Source: an uncultured archaeon (GTDB lineage: Archaea > Asgardarchaeota > Thorarchaeia > Thorarchaeales > Thorarchaeaceae). Taken from it: DNA of 32,000 nucleotides. The DNA lies in the NCBI GenBank assembly GCA_964354495.1, contig CAYHAA010000001.1:487049-519048 (forward strand). The letters run 5' to 3'. Below, one piece after another: positions 7,949 through 16,263 of this stretch. Made by a program: the position numbers and the translations under genes. Numbering within the stretch: the first letter of the stretch is position 1; each line of letters opens with the position of its first letter. The notes below the pieces were generated by a model. The model was given only the letters and a program-made list of their open reading frames with translations. It searched no databases and had not been told where the DNA came from.

Positions 7949-9406
7949 ATGACGAAGCAGTATAAATTCCACATGTATCAGAAATTGCAGCAAAATAAAT
8001 CGAATATTTTCACGGATATTAAAAAGGAATTTGAGAATATTGGACTGACCAAGGAACTGAAAGGAAACATAGGTCTTGGTGGTGGTTCAGGAACCCCGCC
8101 AATGTTACCACTCGATGTATTTGACGCAATGCAGAAAGCCAGTCGAGAAGTTGTGAACCTGACTAAATATGCAGATGAAATCCGAGATATCGTGAAAGAT
8201 GTCTACGGTGACGGATATGACGCTGCTGTAACATGTACGGCCGAAGCAGCATTATGGGTGTCATACGAGTCGCTGTTCACCCCGCCCCTCTCAGGAAGAG
8301 GCGAGAATTATAGGTCCGCTTACATTGCGCCCTATGAACGTCATCTTCATCATCAGGGTGGATACGGAAGACCATTTCCGCCAAAATACAAGGACTTGTT
8401 CTCCAATCGTGGCGTCACAGCAGGCGACCTTGGAGTACAAGGCAAACGGCTATCAAATCTTGACACCATCATTGTACCTCTAGAAGGAGCGAAATATGAG
8501 GTTCATGGTATAAACTACCATGCCATTCCTATTCTGACCTCTGTAGACCCGGACAAATCAATTGAAAGGATAAGATCTGTCGCTGAACGTCATTCTGATG
8601 TACTTGCAGGATTTGCTTCTCTCGGATACGATACCATCGGATATGGATATGATGTCAAAGATAAGGATGGAACACCGAGATTACAGAAATTGATAGGCAA
8701 GACATCTCAAGAGTATGATATACCATATGTATGTGATAATGCACGTGGTCTGCCTCTTGCAGGGACAGATCCAAGAAAGAATCTGTCAGACGTCATTCTG
8801 TATAGTATGGACAAAGCTGCAGGCGGTCCTACATGTGGGCTACTAATAGGCAAAGAAGACTCAATGGTTCCGATACGGAAAGCCATGGGTATTCATGGAT
8901 CTCGTGAAGGAACTTCATCATCCTATGGAAAAGCAGGATATGTTACTTTCGATCCTGGGAAAGAAGCATTGTCTGGTCTGGTTGTAGCTCTGAAGAAACT
9001 TCGTGATAATCCGCGGCGTATCTTCAAGAACGTGGACACAATGAATAAGGTGGTAGCCGACGAATTCAAGAAATCGGAGCTGCTATCGCAGGATGGAGTG
9101 CATATAACGAAATCTTACAATGGCGCAGCGGTTGAGGTAAACTATGTGGATACATGGAAAGAGGATACGGCGAATATCCCGATATTCAGCATTGAGGACA
9201 TGTATTCTGGTACGAATCTAATCCAGAGTGGATTGGCAAATGCAGGCATCCGCCCACCCCTTTGTTATGATGGAAACATCCCCATTGTATTGGGACAGGG
9301 TACTCTGAATGACAATGATGAGTTGATTGTTGATAGAGCCGAGGTTGCAGTGAGGGGTCTTGTCAAAACGCTTGAAGTAATATCAAGATACGCAAAGATG
9401 AATTGA
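7949..9406 (+). CDS. Uncharacterised fold-type I PLP-dependent enzyme (SelA/DgaE-like superfamily)
   Basis: YVCDNARG (Asp that pairs with the PLP ring N), YSMDKAAGGPTCGLLIG (Schiff-base Lys at 8813-8815), TCTAEAAL, plus family-specific YERHLHHQGGYGRPFP. Start moved to ATG 7949 because the 7814 start overlaps the divergent gene. Confidence 0.75.
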   Translation: MTKQYKFHMYQKLQQNKSNIFTDIKKEFENIGLTKELKGNIGLGGGSGTPPMLPLDVFDAMQKASREVVNLTKYADEIRDIVKDVYGDGYDAAVTCTAEAALWVSYESLFTPPLSGRGENYRSAYIAPYERHLHHQGGYGRPFPPKYKDLFSNRGVTAGDLGVQGKRLSNLDTIIVPLEGAKYEVHGINYHAIPILTSVDPDKSIERIRSVAERHSDVLAGFASLGYDTIGYGYDVKDKDGTPRLQKLIGKTSQEYDIPYVCDNARGLPLAGTDPRKNLSDVILYSMDKAAGGPTCGLLIGKEDSMVPIRKAMGIHGSREGTSSSYGKAGYVTFDPGKEALSGLVVALKKLRDNPRRIFKNVDTMNKVVADEFKKSELLSQDGVHITKSYNGAAVEVNYVDTWKEDTANIPIFSIEDMYSGTNLIQSGLANAGIRPPLCYDGNIPIVLGQGTLNDNDELIVDRAEVAVRGLVKTLEVISRYAKMN

Positions 9407-9421
9407 AGTTAGGTGATTAAT

Positions 9422-10492
9422 GTGGATTATGTTAACAGCATGCTAGAAGTTATCGGCAATACGAAGTTGCTGAAATTGAACCGAGTCGGTAAGGATGTCA
9501 AAGCCAATGTTTTTGTTAAGCTTGAACATCTCAATCCAAGCGGGAGCTATAAGGATAGAATGGCGCTCTCAATGGTAGAGGCGGCAGAACGAGGGGAAAC
9601 TTGGAACGGTAAGAAACTCCCTCCTGGAGGTACTGTCTGCGATGCTTCGGCTGGAAACACAGCTCCAGCACTTGCATTCATATGTGCTCTGAAAGGATAC
9701 ACTGTCAAACTGTGTTCCTATGCTCATTTCTTACATTCAACAGATAAGAATCAGAGTGTGAGAATGAAGATTTCATCTGCCTATGGAGCAAAAATATATC
9801 CCTGTCCATTGCCGTGCGATGACGTGCTTCAAAAACTCAAAACCGACAAAGAACGCAGATATGCATCAATAATCAACGGCAAGGTTCACATGAATCAACT
9901 GGAGCGTGATGACCCGAATACTGTCTGGGTCGACCAAATCTATAATGAAGCAAACGTCAATGGCCAGTTAGCTATGGGATATGAAATCTATCGTCAATTA
10001 GAAGGAAAAATAGATGCATGGGGCGCATCCATAGGTTCAGGTGCTACATTCCTCGGTGTGGCAAGAGCACTCAAAGAAAAAGGCGTGGAACCATACACCT
10101 TTGGAGTTGTACCTGAAGGTGGAACAAGCCTAGTTGATATCAGTGCGGACATAGCAAAGAGTGTTACCATGGGTAGACCTGAGCTACGAATGAGAATAGT
10201 AAAGATGCTCGGTTTGGAAAAATGGATCACTGAAGACTCGATTGTGGAAACTATCTATAAAGCCGGATACCCCCACGAATGGTTCGAAGTGAGTCCTAAT
10301 GATGCCAGAGCGATGGCGAATCGACTATGCGAAGAAGAGGGCATCTATTGTGGTATGTCCTCAGGTGCGAATGTCTACGCAGCTCTAAAAGTTGCTAAGA
10401 AAATGAAACGGGGTCAGAACGTCGTTACTGTCATTGTTGATCGACGTGACAGATACCTTGACGAGTATCCTAACGATCAGTATGTCGTCTAG
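9422..10492 (+). CDS. Cysteine synthase / cystathionine beta-synthase family PLP enzyme (fold type II), divergent
   Basis: IGNTKLLKL, VKLEHLNPSGSYKDR (PLP Lys 9551-9553), ASAGNT, SIGSGAT, EEGIYCGMSSGAN, VVTVIVD...Y. GTG 9422 follows SD GGTGAT (9412-9417). Confidence 0.9.
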   Translation: MDYVNSMLEVIGNTKLLKLNRVGKDVKANVFVKLEHLNPSGSYKDRMALSMVEAAERGETWNGKKLPPGGTVCDASAGNTAPALAFICALKGYTVKLCSYAHFLHSTDKNQSVRMKISSAYGAKIYPCPLPCDDVLQKLKTDKERRYASIINGKVHMNQLERDDPNTVWVDQIYNEANVNGQLAMGYEIYRQLEGKIDAWGASIGSGATFLGVARALKEKGVEPYTFGVVPEGGTSLVDISADIAKSVTMGRPELRMRIVKMLGLEKWITEDSIVETIYKAGYPHEWFEVSPNDARAMANRLCEEEGIYCGMSSGANVYAALKVAKKMKRGQNVVTVIVDRRDRYLDEYPNDQYVV

Positions 10493-10511
10493 ATAGAATG
10501 GAGATGAATTC

Positions 10512-11681
10512 ATGCCAATCAATCTTGAAAGAGCAAAATCCATTATGACCGAGAAGGGGCTTGATGCAATACTAGCATCATCCCCCGAGAATTTCTTCTA
10601 TGCCAGTGACCTATATATTCCATTCGTCGACAGATTCCGCGGGTTTCTTAGCGGATTTGGATCCTTTGTCCTTATTCCTAGAGAGGGCAACATGATACTC
10701 TCAACAACGGCTCTTGATCAGGATTTGGCAAAGATAACATCACCCATTAAGGATCAGCGATACACACGAACGTGGGCATACTTTAGGAGAGATAAGGGAA
10801 AGGAAGTTGAGGTCTATGAGAACCCAGTCGAATCCCTGACCGAAATCTTGAAAGAAAGAGGATTAGCGAATGGTGCAATTGGCATTGAGGAAAAAACGCT
10901 TGCTATTGCTGATTTTAGGCAAATTGCCAAGAGCTTGTCAAAAGCCAATTTTGTTGATTCTTCAAAGACCTTTCTTGATATCAGATCTGTCAAAATTCCT
11001 GAAGAGATTTCCAGAATAAAGAAAGCCTGTGAGGTATCAGAGATTGCATTCGATGCCGCTTTTTCTGTGGCTCAAGAGGGTGCAACTGAGGGAGAAATCC
11101 TAGGTGCATTCCAGCGTTCGGTGCTGGACCAATGTGGCTTCATTCCCAAAGGAATATTACATCAAAACTTCACCACTGGTATTCATTCAGCAACAGTCAG
11201 AAGAGGTGAACCATTTGATCACAAATTGAAGAAGGGCGACGTAATGAGATTTGACGGTGGTTCTATATACTTGGGATACCGTTGTGACTTTGCCAGAACT
11301 CGTGTTTTGGGAAGAGCCGAAGATAAGGTAAAGAACGTCTATAATGCACTTGTTTTGGCTGAAGAGAAAATCATCAGCATGATAAAACCCGGTGCGAAAT
11401 TCTCTGATTTGTTCAAAGTTGGCCTGAAGACAGTGCAGGGAAGTGGGTATCCAGAATTCGTTAGAAAGCACTTTGGTCATGGTCTTGGGCTAATTACTGA
11501 AGAAGAGCCTATCATAGGACCCACAAATGATGCGCTTATTCAAGAGGACATGGTTCTGTGTGTTGAAGTACCTTACTACTGGGTAGGGGTTGGCGGATTC
11601 AATGCAGAGGATGTTGTCAGAGTGACTTCTGATGGGACTGAGTGCTTCACGCCAAACCTGAGTAAAGAACTCGAAATGTGA
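10512..11681 (+). CDS. Xaa-Pro peptidase family M24B (aminopeptidase P/prolidase-like)
   Basis: N-terminal creatinase-like domain (LDAIL..SPENFFY), RSVKIPEEI, and intact metal ligands FDGG..GYRCDFART, HFGHGLGL, CVEVP, AEDVV. Confidence 0.92.
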   Translation: MPINLERAKSIMTEKGLDAILASSPENFFYASDLYIPFVDRFRGFLSGFGSFVLIPREGNMILSTTALDQDLAKITSPIKDQRYTRTWAYFRRDKGKEVEVYENPVESLTEILKERGLANGAIGIEEKTLAIADFRQIAKSLSKANFVDSSKTFLDIRSVKIPEEISRIKKACEVSEIAFDAAFSVAQEGATEGEILGAFQRSVLDQCGFIPKGILHQNFTTGIHSATVRRGEPFDHKLKKGDVMRFDGGSIYLGYRCDFARTRVLGRAEDKVKNVYNALVLAEEKIISMIKPGAKFSDLFKVGLKTVQGSGYPEFVRKHFGHGLGLITEEEPIIGPTNDALIQEDMVLCVEVPYYWVGVGGFNAEDVVRVTSDGTECFTPNLSKELEM

Positions 11682-12094
11682 GAGTGAGAGAGTTGAAGTA
11701 CGAGAGCAGCTTTTTGAAACCTCGAGAAAGTGAAGACATTCCCCATCATGACAGTTCAATCATAAAGCAAACTGGAATGTCGTATGTGCTTCTCGATAAT
11801 ATCCACTATCCTGATGCAAATATAAGGGTCACAACTAGATACATCCGAAATGTCCCGGATAAGGCTCCTGCATATGTTGAATTACATACACATGATGTTG
11901 ACCAGATTTTCATCTTTCTGAGTGACCCGGGAAATCATGATACTCTGAAAATAGAAGTTATTCTTGAAGATGAGGTCTATAATGTGGAGGCACCAGTGAC
12001 AGTCTTCATTCCGAAGAACATCCCCCATACACAAAGAGTATTGAGTGGAACTGGCCGATTGGTTACGATCCTGATGAAAGGAGTCTATCCATAG
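11678..12094 (+). CDS. Cupin-domain protein
   Basis: LHTHDVDQIFIF and VFIPKNIPHTQ match cupin motifs 1 and 2. The GTG start overlaps the M24 stop (GTGA), indicating translational coupling. Confidence 0.75.
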   Translation: MRVRELKYESSFLKPRESEDIPHHDSSIIKQTGMSYVLLDNIHYPDANIRVTTRYIRNVPDKAPAYVELHTHDVDQIFIFLSDPGNHDTLKIEVILEDEVYNVEAPVTVFIPKNIPHTQRVLSGTGRLVTILMKGVYP

Positions 12095-12104
12095 TCATCA
12101 GGAT

Positions 12105-13535
12105 CTAACCTTCATTCTGTCCATATTCCCAGATAACATAGGAGATGAGTTTTACAAATCCACCTATGCCATCAACTTTGTCAGTGCCATCGATTAACAG
12201 GTATTCGTCGCTCCCGTGACTCTCACCTCCAGCACCTACACATCCCGTAGCGAATGGAAGTTTCAATGGATCATTATTGAATAGAGATATGGGGATTGTA
12301 GCTAATGATGTAGGCCACACTTGGAATCTCGTGTTCGAAATGTTGTATGCGCGAATCAGTGCTTTAACAATCTCTTGATTGGCTCTTGTCCTACATGATT
12401 CAACACTCGCAAGCTTTGAAACTGTAATATCCGAGAAGTTATGATTATCAAGATGATGAATAATTCTATCCTGAATGGTTTCTGTTTTTTGATTTGGCAC
12501 TAATCTTATGTCAATCTTTGCCGTTGCTTCTTCAGGAATGACAGCTTCCGGTCCTGTACCAGTATATCCAGCCCAAATACCGTCAATATTGATTCGGCAC
12601 GTGAAGAAGAGCTGTTTTAGCAGGTCAAGAGCGTTGTCTTCCTCATTGATTAGATTCCGAACTCCTAGAGAGGATTTGTATGAGTCTACGCTGAAGTCCA
12701 ATGCAAGTTCTTCAAGAAGTCCGCGAAACTCATCATCAGGTCCAACAATATCCTCCATGAATCCCTCAACAAGTACTTTATTGCTATCATCAGATACCAT
12801 TGATTTTAAGGCCATAATCAATCGCCAGACTGGGTTATCCACTACAGGACGATGCATACTATGAATTTCGTGCTCTGATGGTCCTTTTTGCCATGACTTG
12901 CCAGATGCCTTCAGCTCGAGATATAAGACTCCTTTGTAACCTAGTTGGACTTTTGCAATTCCTTGAGAATTCTGAGAAGGAAATGGCATATAGAGCGAAT
13001 TTGCTTTTTCAAGAAGTGGCCTATACTCCTTGATGAATCTGGGCAGCGTGGGACTGAACATCTCTTCTTCACCATCAAATACCGTAATGAGATTACAGTT
13101 GATGCTCCCTACCGCTGCCTTCACAGATTCAATAGCATTCAAAATACCAGCAATCTTGATTTTGTTATTCACACCTCGTCCGACCAGAAGCCTACCCTTT
13201 TCTGGGTGCGTAATGATTCGGCCTTCATAAGGAGGAATAGTCCATTTTTCTTCTTCCACAGGATTGCTGTCATAAGCACCGAAAAGGAGAAGGGTCTTCT
13301 CTCTATCAATCTCACTCTCGTAGAATCCATAGACAATTGGATTTCCATCTCCAGGGTAGACTCTTACATCAGTAAATCGGAGTTGAGTCATCCATTCTGC
13401 AATTAACTCTGCAGATTCCTTTGTACCATGCTGTTCAACAGATACACTTGGTTGTCTAACAAGCTTCTGTAAATCATTAAGATATTTCGCTTGTTTTTTT
13501 TCAATAAGACTGGCTATTTTCTTATATTCGTCCAA
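12105..13535 (-). CDS. M20/M25/M40 family metallo-hydrolase (dipeptidase/ArgE/DapE-like) with atypical metal ligands
   Basis: LQKLVRQPSVS, GNPIVYG, W...PYEG, GRG, FDGEEE, GYKG, NIDGIWAGYTG...VIP, DIRLVPNQ, SHGSDEY. TTG start with SD-like GGTGTT. Confidence 0.88.
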   Translation of the reverse strand: MDEYKKIASLIEKKQAKYLNDLQKLVRQPSVSVEQHGTKESAELIAEWMTQLRFTDVRVYPGDGNPIVYGFYESEIDREKTLLLFGAYDSNPVEEEKWTIPPYEGRIITHPEKGRLLVGRGVNNKIKIAGILNAIESVKAAVGSINCNLITVFDGEEEMFSPTLPRFIKEYRPLLEKANSLYMPFPSQNSQGIAKVQLGYKGVLYLELKASGKSWQKGPSEHEIHSMHRPVVDNPVWRLIMALKSMVSDDSNKVLVEGFMEDIVGPDDEFRGLLEELALDFSVDSYKSSLGVRNLINEEDNALDLLKQLFFTCRINIDGIWAGYTGTGPEAVIPEEATAKIDIRLVPNQKTETIQDRIIHHLDNHNFSDITVSKLASVESCRTRANQEIVKALIRAYNISNTRFQVWPTSLATIPISLFNNDPLKLPFATGCVGAGGESHGSDEYLLIDGTDKVDGIGGFVKLISYVIWEYGQNEG

Positions 13536-13597
13536 AGGAACACCAATCTAGTGTGTTTTTCTTCCTACATATTTCATTTTCGATACTAAAGATACTG

Positions 13598-14800
13598 CTA
13601 CACTGATGCAATGACATTACTATGGGGTTTCTTTCTAATGAACAACGCACTAGCAAGTGCAGTCAAAGTCAGCAATGCTGCCAATTTGAATATGAGAGAG
13701 ATATCCCATACTGTAACCAATACCCCAGCGAGAACCGCACCGATTGTCGAACCGACATCAAACATAGTTGAAAGGTACGCAGCGGCTACATTTCTTGCGG
13801 TTGTATCACATCGATCAGCAAGCATTGTCCATTCTGAAACAACTCGAAGTCCAACTCCAAACCCAAAGATTACCATCAATAGAGTCAGAAGGTAGAAATC
13901 AGATATTTCGACGAGTAGTAAATATACAAATGTAAGAAGTCCGCTTGCTGCAAGAATGCACCACTTATAGTCAACTTTGTCAACAAGTCGTCCTGCTGGA
14001 ATTCTCAAAATCGCGTCAGCAAGACCCCTGGTACCAATGAGAAATGCAATGAGTGCCGGTGCAAGTAGAAGCGTATTCGCTGCATAGACAACAAAGAATG
14101 TTATATAAAAGGAGTAAGTAATTGCATAAGAGAACCTCGAGAATGTCAGAATCATAAGGTCTCTTGAGTGGAATATGTTGTTCAGTGAGGCAATCGGGCT
14201 ACTTCTGTGGGCATTTACCCGAACTTGTAGTGCTTTCGCCTTTTTTATGGCTAGTAGCGGTAGTAACCCGAACAGCGGAATGACGGCGGCTGCCTGAAAT
14301 AGTTCTCTGTATGACAAGAACGCCAGCAAATATGAACACAGGTATGAGCCAAGACTGTGTGATAGTCCATACGATGTAAGAAACAAGCCCATTATTTCAC
14401 CAGTTTTGTCTGGCGTTGCCAGGTTCTGTGAAACTGAAATAGCCATGGGAACCAACGCGGCAATTGAAATGGCATGAAGAACCTGGATTGGATAGAAATA
14501 AAGTAGTCCTGCAATTGAGTAAAAGAATTGTGTCAAGCTTTGACCAACAGCCGCCAGCAGTATGACATATGCTGCACTGAATCGTTCTGATAATACGCCT
14601 AGTGGAATTTTCAACGCCATCAATGAAAATGATAATACACCAATTATAAGTCCCAAATCAAAGAAACTGGCTCCTATCTCTGTAAGATAGAGTGGGATGA
14701 TTGGACGTGTTGTTTCAACACCTAAGAAGACAAAAACCGACGAAAAAATCAAAATATAGAGATCAATTGGATAGTGCTTCTTGTCTGTCGTTTCCATCAC
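13598..14800 (-). CDS. Major facilitator superfamily transporter
   Basis: About 12 hydrophobic segments. Motif A in both halves (GVLSERFS; GRLVDKVD), PIIPLY, G..MGLF, DVGSTIGAVLAG. Confidence 0.92.
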   Translation of the reverse strand: MMETTDKKHYPIDLYILIFSSVFVFLGVETTRPIIPLYLTEIGASFFDLGLIIGVLSFSLMALKIPLGVLSERFSAAYVILLAAVGQSLTQFFYSIAGLLYFYPIQVLHAISIAALVPMAISVSQNLATPDKTGEIMGLFLTSYGLSHSLGSYLCSYLLAFLSYRELFQAAAVIPLFGLLPLLAIKKAKALQVRVNAHRSSPIASLNNIFHSRDLMILTFSRFSYAITYSFYITFFVVYAANTLLLAPALIAFLIGTRGLADAILRIPAGRLVDKVDYKWCILAASGLLTFVYLLLVEISDFYLLTLLMVIFGFGVGLRVVSEWTMLADRCDTTARNVAAAYLSTMFDVGSTIGAVLAGVLVTVWDISLIFKLAALLTLTALASALFIRKKPHSNVIASV

Positions 14801-15225
14801 CCCGAGTTTTCAGTGAGCCACAATGTAGTCATGACTAAGTAGCGCTAAAAAACAAGTAAATAAACACGGCGAATTTATTATTATTCTCGACGTATTTACT
14901 TCGAAATCTGGCATTTATCGGATGATATCTGTATACCGTGCTCTACCATAGTAGGTAATATTCTTCATACGCATATTTCAGACATCTGTAGTAACGATTC
15001 AGAGAAGCGAGCTGCTTTGGGATTGTGTCGGAAATCAGGCGAGTCTGCCACTTCCTTTGTCTTGCCTCTTATCCTCTCACAAACTGCTTTCTCGGAGTCC
15101 ATTCACTAGACCGGATGCAAGAGCAAAGGAATCAGCGATATCATCGGAATTCGCATTCTAGGTAGACAGGAATCAACGGATGTTGCAGAAGTCAGTCACA
15201 ATGGAAGTACAAGCAGAATAACAAA

Positions 15226-15717
15226 CTAGTCCATCAACTCTGCCCGAAGGGAAAAGCATCTGGCTCTGTTATCTTCATCTTCGATGACCTTAATAATTCC
15301 GCGACCTACGAGTTCATTGACACGCTCACGAATGATTCTTCTTGAGGCGGTCCCCCTCTCTGCTCTGACAGCAGCTGTTATCTGACTTATGTTCAGTGGC
15401 CGAGATGTGGCATCCAATGTCTGAATGATTCGCCAACTGATATCATCTTTCTTGAGGTCGCCAAATCTTGATTCAAGTCTCTCCGTCTTGGTGAATTTGG
15501 ACATTAACCTGACCATTCCATCGTAGAAGTCGAACCCTTCCCTGATGACCTTGGCTGAGGTACGAACCTCTTCAATACCCGGGCCAACTCTCTCGATGAG
15601 TTCCTCCAGTCTTGCCAGTCTCATGGAGATCTCATCTAGTCGATTCTGCACCTCTTCGATCGTGAGACTCGCTGACTGACCGGAATCTGCATCATCGACG
15701 GTTTTCTTCTTGCTCAA
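15226..15717 (-). CDS. Hypothetical protein: N-terminal coiled coil plus C-terminal winged helix-turn-helix (probable DNA-binding protein)
   Basis: Heptad-like IEEVQNRLDEISMRLARLEELI; DISWRIIQTL...PLNISQITAAV...ASRRIIRERVNELVGRGII followed by a beta-wing. Probable start TTG 15717 (MSKKKT); the track's 15813 extension is unconvincing. Confidence 0.7.
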   Translation of the reverse strand: MSKKKTVDDADSGQSASLTIEEVQNRLDEISMRLARLEELIERVGPGIEEVRTSAKVIREGFDFYDGMVRLMSKFTKTERLESRFGDLKKDDISWRIIQTLDATSRPLNISQITAAVRAERGTASRRIIRERVNELVGRGIIKVIEDEDNRARCFSLRAELMD

Positions 15718-15883
15718 GGGGCAGTCGCCGTTTTTGGATGACACCAGAAAGTGATAAGTCTGATGGAAACAGCCACATTTGCTGGGGAGGCGATGTGGCC
15801 AAACGAAACACAAATGGAGCAGGTCTTATATGGATGTCAAGCCATGCGGAAGCAGCTACTACACAAATCAAAGGGTTGCCAGC

Positions 15884-16219
15884 ATGAAGCACGTGGGCAA
15901 TTTCACGCTCAAGTTGGATTCAAAGAAAGAAATGCCAGTTGAAGTTCTGACTGACCAAGAGAACACAATTATCCTAATTGACTGCCATTGCTGCGAAGAC
16001 TTTCTCTCAAGCCGACTGCCGGGCGGCGTTCTAATTCCAATCGCTTCAGCCCTCAAGACCTTTTTTAGGGCCAGCGAGATGCGGAATCTTGACGTTCATG
16101 TAAGTGGGTCGGTTATGCGGCGAACCTACAAAGGCCTCATCAAGAGCGACCGGCTAGAAGAGCTGACTCAACTCCTACAAGAAGCTGTTTCGAAATATGC
16201 TCGTAAGAAGAATGACTGA
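15884..16219 (+). CDS. Conserved hypothetical protein (~111 aa; contains DCHCC)
   Basis: Protein-like composition from ATG 15884 (MKHVGNFTLKL...), divergent from the wHTH gene. No family recognised. Confidence 0.6.
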   Translation: MKHVGNFTLKLDSKKEMPVEVLTDQENTIILIDCHCCEDFLSSRLPGGVLIPIASALKTFFRASEMRNLDVHVSGSVMRRTYKGLIKSDRLEELTQLLQEAVSKYARKKND

Positions 16220-16222
16220 GCC

Positions 16223-16260
16223 AAAAAAGAGATAGGGGGAGGGAATAGTCCCTCCACTAT
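16223..16260 (-). terminator. Hairpin plus T-tract terminator downstream of serC (possibly bidirectional)
   Basis: 7-bp stem GGAGGGA(16238-16244)/TCCCTCC(16249-16255) with 4-nt loop. The minus strand continues to a T6 run (A6 at 16223-16228). Lies between convergent genes. Confidence 0.55.
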
Positions 16261-16263
16261 AGA

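Noticed and set aside
7949-9406. Selenocysteine synthase (selA) assignment / Sec recoding
   Set aside because: Only the general PLP fold-I motifs are shared. No tRNA-Sec, SECIS or in-frame TGA selenoprotein is seen in the window.
14900-15225. Short broken minus-strand frames (e.g. EARQRKWQTRLISDTIPKQ...) as a possible transposase remnant
   Set aside because: No DDE/HUH motif, terminal inverted repeats or target duplication seen. It cannot be supported.
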